The notes under the pieces were generated by a model. It ran no database searches. It saw only the letters and a list, made by a program, of their open reading frames with translations, and was not told the DNA's origin. A stretch of 32,000 nucleotides of DNA from positions 90,001 to 122,000 of the forward strand of contig JBAZYK010000004.1 of NCBI GenBank assembly GCA_041659405.1. The letters are read 5' to 3'. Source of the DNA: Candidatus Altimarinota bacterium (GTDB taxonomy: Bacteria; Patescibacteriota; Gracilibacteria; UBA1369). A program made the position numbers and the translations under genes. Positions 20,601 through 25,715 of this stretch are shown here, piece after piece (positions within the stretch are counted from its first letter, which is position 1; every line of letters begins with the position of its first letter).

Positions 20601-21173
20601 ATCATAACGTAACGATTTTTGGAAAATACTTTTAGCCGCGCGATCCACAAATACATTAAAGGTTTGTCCAACTTTAAATTGATCTTTTGGATAGAACATT
20701 AAAGCATTCCCGGACCAGTCAAATCGCCCTTCAACCTGCGGATTAACGCGGAAAGCCTTTTCAACCGAACCATGGTCCATCAACTGCGTAAAGACAACTT
20801 TTATTGGCGCATTATAAGAAATTTTTCGCACATTTGCCCTTAAGTTGTAGCCCTGAACTTCCGGAGCCGGAATAAATGGATAACTAGCAAATCCAACAGT
20901 AATAACCAAAAGTATAGCCACAACAAATGCCCAGCCTTTATTAAGTGATCCAAAATTAAATTTAGGCCAAGTAAATCGCGCCACACTACCCTCACGCATC
21001 ACCTCTTTATGCTTCATCATTAACTTCGTCCGCAAATTCTTCTGGAACTGCGCGCGTGGAATTTCCGACGCATTGCTGGAAATTGCGCTCACCAATTTCT
21101 GCAGATCCTCAGGCCGTTTTTTGGCCTCCAGCATCTTCATGAATTCTCTAATTTTTTTGGTGAGAAAGAACAT
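14658..21173 (-). CDS. Alpha-2-macroglobulin-family protease-trap protein, N-terminally membrane anchored
   Basis: 2171 aa. Thioester context YPYGCAEQVASALLPN. Ig-like/MG-type repeats fill the N-terminal two thirds. The alpha-helical TED-like region includes QGNGGWGLWE. Residues 81-100 form a single hydrophobic helix, and the first 110 residues contain no Cys, so there is no lipobox. Confidence 0.9.
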   Translation of the reverse strand: MFFLTKKIREFMKMLEAKKRPEDLQKLVSAISSNASEIPRAQFQKNLRTKLMMKHKEVMREGSVARFTWPKFNFGSLNKGWAFVVAILLVITVGFASYPFIPAPEVQGYNLRANVRKISYNAPIKVVFTQLMDHGSVEKAFRVNPQVEGRFDWSGNALMFYPKDQFKVGQTFNVFVDRAAKSIFQKSLRYDYEEVFEITGPPQVLLFSPAASSVDVPIDAQITMHFDRPMTQLTTLDQGVENAIAVKIDPPTNGKMKWLGTDSIRFIPDKLAYSTHYTLTIPKGTFSAEGGQTDQDFVATFDTLKPELINTVPLNLGKYNGPQLFFSDLSDFPASSSNIQLLFNQIMNADKASSKIHLWSYKGDKNRLKFFGCGGDCPQSTNISGSGKSAPQSTEDVLKQFNANDWAEVPFQVSYYTLNQFKTDSEYKEGDTQITLPEPEELKKTLMLSPAQPLGYDQYYLVKVDKDFGGVEGTLTLGEDKGILFKTVGEITVNSTAPKNGVKDYPLSGGISLTFSQPMDLDSIKEKFAIEPKSIDADTKLENQPDLTLSLSDTVLNVSYAIKPSTDYKITIQKGVKDQFGKTLNQDFVLTFKTAAISPTFEVMSPTDITVVDANKPTVFYVKSTNVDTMNLNFKKLSEEEFKKIYQRGYIDWRSNIPAGPFTSFSKTIAKQFNQTVTTKIDLGKETNMAMAPGYYYFDVSSPQVKNPYAGQDGALNLRIERHIFMVSYSGLTMKMSPTKLLIWATNFADGAPNAGMDISVIQNGSTDGKALYSGKTDQNGLVTFDLPASAGSENIYNRQYLIFGKKNNDITLTHTTWSEGVDPSSFNIDYNPYAPKYYAYVYMDRPIYRPGNTVYFKGILRVDKDAAFKLPDVKQAMVTIDDSMGNAVYSKTLDLNANGSFAGELQLGNQAATGDYFLNVAVGNNGVVTGKGQSNVIGSYQSFHVAEYRKPDYQINLNTDKKSYVNGDTLKLKVKASYFFGAPLPNAPIQWTVKSQDYFFFLNSDNNLSPFFSFSDEGYSCYFGCQGQTAVVSQGKAKLDANGEYTIELPLNIADKKMSQFYTVEVTAFDLNNQSVSDRVTVSVHEGEYYVGIMSINDVVQAGKEAKFDLVSVDENGKVVGGKSTEVTLYKRNWNTVKKKNVDSDYYFENSYDDVLIEKKTVTTDNQGKANVSFIPKEGGVFKVGTESKDSRGNKITSSTTVYVSSGSFVNWGQANNDRIELVADKQEYKIGDTAHVMVKSPYQNVYALVTYERGEILDKKVIKIKSNSDVIDVPITDKSIPNEFVSVVLIKGDNNQAGLAQPTGKDAIDERSVASFKMGYATLQVDTSSRKLLVSVQTNQQKYHPGDEVTINVKTTDVNGKPVKAEMSLSVVDKSVLSLVENFTADLLNDFYRKRSLGVMTSETLTKALSRINVQVESGLKGGGGGTLQKRGNFKDTAYWQAALNTNEQGVGTIKFKLPDNLTTWQILAIGATANTLVGSQKTDFIVSKDVLVRPILPRFLIVNDEITVGTIVHNYLTNAVDLDVSVEASGVTLNGSNKQRIHLGSGEEKKVEFKATVLDEAEAVITFKAIAVNDSNIGDILENKMPIHPYSFPETVATSTVIDNGDKHVETVWLPNNIDPKFGKLTIAVAPTLASSITKGIEYLMTYPYGCAEQVASALLPNVTIKQMLSLPALGKIAAKLVDQKTLQKNVESGLQALYKLQQGNGGWGLWETSEATPHLTSYVLFALNESKKAGYTVDDNVMNRGVNFLKSKIGSNSVKISQLTNSTLSSTKYDKYNLDSRAFALYVLAEMGKGDLALSNNLFDLRKNLNLSAQAYLVMDLQKLITQEKLGGAALQEVQKKIDTIKNEILARAKESPRGVHFEENTLDYQFFDTNNRTTALILQMLNRLDPANPLVPKMLRYMLLEKKNGHFASTQETAVSLMALIEYLKTSGELNVDYDGIVTVNGAEKLHKGFTENNIEAREEVTIPLKDLLQNNLDNEITAVRNGNGKMYFDMNLQYFLPTEQIKARDEGIEVHQQYFATDDKKEENPLTSIKVGENLKGKMTIIVPEDSYYVLVEDFLPAGLEGVDFSLKTSEQQLQDQNDGKGSMCLTWDCYNELWRFNHSEVLDDRMTYFADFLPKGVYEINYFVRATTPGTYHDLPAMASETYFPEVFGRSEGRMFMVTN
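16203..16214 (-). other. CAEQ thioester motif (CxEQ) of the macroglobulin
   Basis: The codons TGC GCT GAA CAG are read on the minus strand. The Cys is residue 1654 by frame arithmetic. Confidence 0.8.
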
Positions 21174-21207
21174 ATTATAAGGTAAAATAATATTTTTTTT
21201 AATTCAT

Positions 21208-21248
21208 CGCCGGTTTAGTGGCCGGCGGGGAACCGTCTTCGCGGTCCC
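21208..21248 (-). promoter_or_regulatory. Two adjacent GC-rich hairpins between the sigma factor stop and the macroglobulin start
   Basis: CGCCGG (21208-21213) pairs with CCGGCG (21222-21227) around an 8-nt loop. GGGAACC (21228-21234) pairs with GGTCCC (21243-21248) around an 8-nt loop and one bulge. No U-tract follows on the coding strand, so this is not a canonical terminator. Confidence 0.35.
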
Positions 21249-21251
21249 TGG

Positions 21252-21836
21252 TTAAGCGAAATATTGTAAATCAGGTTTTATTTTACGAAGAGTACGGTAA
21301 AGGATAATCGCGACATTACTTTCGGAAAGACCGGTCATCTGGACAATTTCTCGATTCGACAATTCGCTAAAAAATTTCAACTGTATTACTAAAAGTTCTC
21401 GTTCAGGTAAAGTTTTCATAACCTTTTTAACCACATCGGAAAGCTCTTCGCGGGCTGCTTTAATGTGTGGCGAAGCTTTTTCTTCCGGCTCGGAAACACC
21501 GTAAGCCCGCTCAATATCGGATGTCCTGGTTTTATTATGTCTCTGGTAATAATCATTCAAAACATTGCGGGCTATGCGGAAAACCCAGGCACCAAAGGGT
21601 ACACCGCGCCATTCAAATTTTTGGATATTTTCCAGCACCTTCATGAAAATATCACTCACCAGATCCTCGGCATCATCACGATCATTTATCTTGGCAGCAA
21701 CAAAAGAATAGACCTTTGGAAAATAAAAATCATAAAGCTTCCCAAAACTTTCGTTATTTGATTTGGCATCCATCACAAGCTGTTTTTCGTCGCTGAGATC
21801 CATCTTTTTTGTGGGAGAAAAGGCGATTGATCGCAT
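21252..21836 (-). CDS. ECF-type (group 4) sigma-70 family RNA polymerase sigma factor
   Basis: 194 aa. Region 2 (DAEDLVSDIFMKVLENIQKF...FGAWVFRIARNVLNDYY) and region 4 HTH (LSNREIVQMTGLSESNVAIILYRTLRKI) are present, and region 3 is absent. The start may be Met12 (MDLSDEK) at 21803. Confidence 0.85.
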   Translation of the reverse strand: MRSIAFSPTKKMDLSDEKQLVMDAKSNNESFGKLYDFYFPKVYSFVAAKINDRDDAEDLVSDIFMKVLENIQKFEWRGVPFGAWVFRIARNVLNDYYQRHNKTRTSDIERAYGVSEPEEKASPHIKAAREELSDVVKKVMKTLPERELLVIQLKFFSELSNREIVQMTGLSESNVAIILYRTLRKIKPDLQYFA

Positions 21837-21981
21837 TCCGCATCGATCACCGATACCCCAACAGTATAAGAAAGCGTTAGCATAAGCAAGGCGATCGAAA
21901 GAAAAATCACTATTAATAACAGCGCCCCAAAAAAAGTATTACAAAGTTAGACTTTGCTCCAGACTCGGCACTTTAATAAGT

Positions 21982-22000
21982 TGTGCGTGCGCACAGATTT
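21982..22000 (+). repeat. TGTGC-N4-GCACAGATTT motif, copy 2
   Basis: TGTGCGTGCGCACAGATTT lies in the 194-bp gap between the PBP stop and the sigma factor start. Compare TGTGCACGTGCACAGATTT at 6507-6525. Confidence 0.5.
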
Positions 22001-22030
22001 AAGTCTAGAAAATGGCTTCTGCGAGCCAAA

Positions 22031-24622
22031 TTATCTTACTTCAAAAGCAACATTTTTACTCTTCAATACCTTGCCATCACTCAGAACCACCTCTGCCCGC
22101 AATTTGTGTGACCCTTTTATCGGCAGCCACAAGGCACTAAAAGGGGATACCTTATTGGCGACAACCAAAGTTTCATCAATAAAATATCTAACTTCACCGG
22201 TATCAAGCGGCACCGTAACCCGCAAAGGAATTTTTTGATCTTTTAAAGGAAGCGTTCCTTCGATCATGTATTCATCGCCATTCCGTGGCGAATCAATTAT
22301 CACCTCCGTAAAGTTCGCGCCCGCACTGCCCGCCGCCCCCGCGCCGCCCGTCGAGCCTGCACCGCTTGCCCCAGTCTGCGCACTCACCGTCTTCCCGCAC
22401 GGCTCCACATAAGGCAAAGCCAGGCTTTCCCCAACCGCCCATTTTTGAAATTTTGGCGGATAAACAACAAAAGTTTTTTGTTGCAGGTTGGCCGGCACGC
22501 CTTGGCTACTCAGCGCACTTTCACCTTGCGGCCCACCGCCCAGCGCGCCACCGTCAGCGCTCCCACCCACGCAGGCATCCTGAATAATATGTCCGGAATT
22601 TTTATCGACCCAAAATTGTTTATAATAATCATCTTTTTCTTTTGGCTCTGTTCCGGGCACAAACAGTTCAAAAACCCGATCCTGACACAAATCCGTAGGC
22701 AATTTGCCGGAAATTCCACAAATTTCCACCTGTTTTAATCCCGCCGGTTTCACAAAATCCGTTACCGCCATCCCACTTCCGCCGCCCCCCAAAGCCCCCA
22801 ACGCCGACTCCATAAAATCATGCCAAATTGGACCCGCTCCATCCACGCCGCTTATATTATTCATCGGCGTTGCGTCTGCGTTTCCAACCCAAACCGCTGT
22901 TAAAAGTTGCGGAGTAAATCCAACCGTCCAGTTATCACGAAAATTTCTGGTTGTACCGGTTTTAACCGCTGCTGGCCTGCTTAATTCAAGCACGCTACCT
23001 TCTCCAAAACCGCCAAGTCTGGCCAACGGATCTTTTAAAATATCAATAATTTGATAAGCGTGTTCCTTTCCATGTTGTCCCAAAACAAATTGTTCCGGTG
23101 GGGGAGTCCACTGATACAAAATTTTCCGCTGCGAATCTTCAATTTTTAAAATTGTGCTCAAATCCCTTTCGTTACCGTAATTCGCCAACATATTAAAAGC
23201 GCGCGCAAAATCCAGCATTCTAACTTCGGCTCCACCAAGCGTTAAAGCCAGCCCATAAAAATTCGGATCCTGATCCAGAGTATTAATTCCAATTTTTCTT
23301 AAAAAAGAAATAAACGCCTCAACTCCCACAAAATCCAAAGTTTTCACCGCCGGAATATTAAAAGAACTCGCTAAAGCATTACGCAAACGCACCGGACCAT
23401 GATACCGCAAATCATAATTTTTCGGCTCATAAGCGCCGGTATCGGTCGAAAAAGTTGTGGGAACATCATCCAAAATTGTCGCAGGTGTATACCCTTTTTC
23501 CAGTGCCAGTAAATAATTAAATGGCTTAACGGCAGAGCCAGGTTGTCGCAGCGCTGTAACCATATCCACCGCTCCATCAATATTTTCATTAAAATAATTT
23601 TCACTTCCAACCCACGCTAAAATCTGTCCGGTTTTTGGATCCAAAGAAAGTAACGCTCCATTTGTAACATGTTTATCATGCAAAAGTTCAACCTGCCTGG
23701 AAACCGTATTTTCAGCCTTTAATTGCAGATTGTAATCCAGTGTTGTGTAGATGGATAGCCCCCCGCGATTCATGATTTGATCGCCCAATTCATTGATGAC
23801 ATACTGCACAAAATGCGGTGCTTTCATTTCGGTTTTATTGCGACGCAAATGGAGTGGTTCTTCGTAAGCCGCCTTGTTTTCCGCATCTGAAATAAATCCA
23901 TTTTTAGTCATTTGATCCAAAACATATTGCTGTCTTTTTTTTGCCGGATCAAAATACAAAAATGGATTATAAGCAGACGGCGCTTGTGGAAGCCCCGCCA
24001 GGAACGCGCTTTGGGCCAGATCCAAATCATTAACATGCTTGTCAAAATAATCCAAAGCCGCAGAATCCGATCCATAAGCCAAATTTCCGTAATAAATTTT
24101 ATTCAGATAAAGTTCCAAAACCTGATCTTTTGTATAAGAGTGACTCAAACGAACTGCATATAAAGCCTCCATAATTTTGTCACTCAGGCCGCGTTCCCTA
24201 TTAACTCCAAGCAGATTTCTTACGAGTTGCTGCGGAATAGTGCTGGCTCCACTCACAATTCTTTGCTCGCGCACATTAAAGAAGAGCGAACGCAAAATCG
24301 CCCCAAGATCAACGCCACCATGTTCATAAAAATTTATATCCTCTGCCGCTAAAGTGGCATTAATAAAATTTTTTGGAATCTGATTTAGCGGAACAAAAGT
24401 CTTTTTCCCCGAATCCGGCTGCAGAATTTCATATAAAAGCACTCCATTCCGATCAAGAATTTTAGTAGAAGGCAACTGATTACCCGCCACAAACAAATCC
24501 GGCAACGGCATCACATAAGCAACGTACAAATAAAAACTAAAGCTTAAAAATAGCAGCCCAAAAACAGCGGCCAATAGCCAAAATATAATGGGGTGATCCT
24601 TCCTGTGAAAAAAAGTTTTCAT
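22031..24622 (-). CDS. Class A penicillin-binding protein (transglycosylase/transpeptidase) with PBP1C-like C-terminal beta domain
   Basis: 863 aa with an N-terminal TM segment. GT51 motifs: EDINFYEHGGVD and GASTIPQQLVRN. Transpeptidase motifs: SAVK, SSFN and KTGTT. A Gly/Ala-rich linker precedes a roughly 100-aa C-terminal beta domain. Confidence 0.9.
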   Translation of the reverse strand: MKTFFHRKDHPIIFWLLAAVFGLLFLSFSFYLYVAYVMPLPDLFVAGNQLPSTKILDRNGVLLYEILQPDSGKKTFVPLNQIPKNFINATLAAEDINFYEHGGVDLGAILRSLFFNVREQRIVSGASTIPQQLVRNLLGVNRERGLSDKIMEALYAVRLSHSYTKDQVLELYLNKIYYGNLAYGSDSAALDYFDKHVNDLDLAQSAFLAGLPQAPSAYNPFLYFDPAKKRQQYVLDQMTKNGFISDAENKAAYEEPLHLRRNKTEMKAPHFVQYVINELGDQIMNRGGLSIYTTLDYNLQLKAENTVSRQVELLHDKHVTNGALLSLDPKTGQILAWVGSENYFNENIDGAVDMVTALRQPGSAVKPFNYLLALEKGYTPATILDDVPTTFSTDTGAYEPKNYDLRYHGPVRLRNALASSFNIPAVKTLDFVGVEAFISFLRKIGINTLDQDPNFYGLALTLGGAEVRMLDFARAFNMLANYGNERDLSTILKIEDSQRKILYQWTPPPEQFVLGQHGKEHAYQIIDILKDPLARLGGFGEGSVLELSRPAAVKTGTTRNFRDNWTVGFTPQLLTAVWVGNADATPMNNISGVDGAGPIWHDFMESALGALGGGGSGMAVTDFVKPAGLKQVEICGISGKLPTDLCQDRVFELFVPGTEPKEKDDYYKQFWVDKNSGHIIQDACVGGSADGGALGGGPQGESALSSQGVPANLQQKTFVVYPPKFQKWAVGESLALPYVEPCGKTVSAQTGASGAGSTGGAGAAGSAGANFTEVIIDSPRNGDEYMIEGTLPLKDQKIPLRVTVPLDTGEVRYFIDETLVVANKVSPFSALWLPIKGSHKLRAEVVLSDGKVLKSKNVAFEVR

Positions 24623-24700
24623 AATAACTCAAACACGCCAAAGATTCAGTTCGTGCAAAATTATAAACCCTTTCAGCCAAATTCCTATTACAAAATTCTT

Positions 24701-25126
24701 TTACTTCCAAACCTGATACCACTTCCTTTTTGGCTGTTCCAAGAGTTTAAATTGATTTTCCAAACTCAAAAAACGATCCTGAAACGCCTTCATAAAACGC
24801 ATAAAACTTTCTTTGTCCTTCTTGTTACCTTCCAGCAAACCTTCAACGTGCGCCTGCAATTTTTGAAGATCCTGCAAAGTTGCAACCTCGGCGGAAACGG
24901 CCTTTGACTCTTCCTTGATTGAGCGTTGTTCACGATCAAAAATCGAACTCTGGCCAAGTTTATAAAACTTAACAAGACTTTCCTGGGTAATCAAATAATT
25001 AAAACCCTGTGGAGTCCTTTTTTTCTTTGCCTGAAGCTTTTTGCCTTTCAAAGCACGACGAATGGTTTGTAGCGATTTACCACTTATCTTAGCGGCTTCT
25101 TGAAGCGTTAGCAGAGTTTCAGGCAT
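24701..25126 (-). CDS. Excisionase/MerR-type helix-turn-helix DNA-binding protein with coiled-coil C-terminus
   Basis: 141 aa. N-terminal LLTLQEAAKISGKSLQTIRRALKGKKL (HTH_17-like). The remainder is helical and charged. Confidence 0.6.
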   Translation of the reverse strand: MPETLLTLQEAAKISGKSLQTIRRALKGKKLQAKKKRTPQGFNYLITQESLVKFYKLGQSSIFDREQRSIKEESKAVSAEVATLQDLQKLQAHVEGLLEGNKKDKESFMRFMKAFQDRFLSLENQFKLLEQPKRKWYQVWK

Positions 25127-25166
25127 GAATTTTTATTAAAAAATCTTTTAAAAAACTATCACCGGC

Positions 25167-25196
25167 ATTATAGTGAATAGTCGTTTGGATAATCAA
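25167..25196 (-). promoter_or_regulatory. Putative sigma70-type promoter for the HTH gene
   Basis: Read on the minus strand: TTGATT (25196-25191), an 18-nt spacer, then TATAAT (25172-25167). Confidence 0.5.
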
Positions 25197-25219
25197 GAGA
25201 GAAAATCAAAAAATCCTTA

Positions 25220-25249
25220 TTGACCATTATGATGAGCCAATGCTACACT
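25220..25249 (+). promoter_or_regulatory. Putative promoter for the candidate sRNA, back-to-back with the HTH promoter
   Basis: TTGACC (25220-25225), an 18-nt spacer, then TACACT (25244-25249). Confidence 0.4.
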
Positions 25250-25255
25250 ATAACT

Positions 25256-25336
25256 ACAAAGACCTTGTCTCCAAATTGTCACCGTATGGTGGCGTTTCCA
25301 TGATTTCCATGGAATAGGAGCGGGGTCGTTTTTTTA
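25256..25336 (+). ncRNA. Candidate ~80-nt small RNA or leader element with a three-way-junction fold and U-tract
   Basis: The outer helix pairs 25261-25272 (GACCTTGTCTCC) with 25317-25327 (GGAGCGGGGTC): 11 pairs including 3 G-U, with 1 bulge. It encloses hairpin GTCACC-GTAT-GGTGGC (25278-25293) and hairpin TTCCATG-ATTTC-CATGGAA (25296-25314). A run of 7 T follows at 25329-25335. I recognise no family. Confidence 0.35.
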
Positions 25337-25499
25337 TTTAAATTCCCAAATATCATCGATTAATTTGTTGATGATTTTTCTTTGTGTATTTTAAAACCTG
25401 CGTCCCCCGATTCATCTATAAAAACGATCATAGTATTTTCAATACGGTGAAAATTACTACTATCTTAGTGGTTTGGCTCTTTTGAAAACCGACTGGTGC

Positions 25500-25596
25500 A
25501 GGGCACGCAGTGATGCCTGACACCGCGTGCTCTGGAAAACATAATGCTAAAATCTGCGCCGCCTGAGGCGGGGGGCAGGTAGCACGGGGCGTTTTT
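25500..25596 (+). promoter_or_regulatory. GC-rich structured element with mutually exclusive pairings ending in a U-tract
   Basis: Stem alpha pairs 25500-25508 with 25525-25533. A GC hairpin spans 25554-25578. Segment 25581-25588 (AGCACGGG) can instead pair with 25523-25531, and TTTTT follows at 25592-25596. The 41 nt at 25549-25589 are absent from the homologous right-hand arm. Confidence 0.3.
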
Positions 25597-25715
25597 GGGT
25601 AAAAAAGCCTTGCATCTTTAAAAAGATATTGGTAGGATAACCCTCCTTATCATTAAGCGCCATTTATGTTAGAAATAAGAGACCAGATAAACTTAATTGA
25701 CGATAGCCATATAAC
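25591..25715 (+). repeat. Inverted repeat, left arm (promoter, leader, ATG and first 17 codons)
   Basis: My hand alignment to the reverse complement of 31446-31580 gives 8 substitutions plus one 7-nt indel. Positions 25606-25647 are identical. Weaker homology extends outward to about 25480. Confidence 0.85.
25610..25638 (+). promoter_or_regulatory. Putative promoter of the aspS operon (inside the left repeat arm)
   Basis: TTGCAT (25610-25615), a 17-nt spacer, then TAGGAT (25633-25638). It lies 27 nt upstream of the ATG at 25666. The sequence is identical in the right arm. Confidence 0.5.

Noticed and set aside
21837-22030. An ECF-type autoregulatory promoter (GGAAC-like -35 and CGTC-like -10) upstream of the sigma factor gene.
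   Set aside because: I could not find a convincingly spaced match on the minus strand. The only GGAAC/CGTC-like strings (near 21228-21236) are adjacent to each other and lie on the plus strand, inside a hairpin.
25127-25665. A T-box leader, as expected upstream of some aaRS genes, or a purine or preQ1 riboswitch, given the nucleobase-related genes downstream.
   Set aside because: I could not find the T-box consensus (GGGTGGTACCGCG-like), an AG bay/specifier arrangement, or the conserved junction and loop sequences of purine or preQ1 aptamers. The three-way junction has junction lengths incompatible with the purine class. An Infernal scan is still needed.
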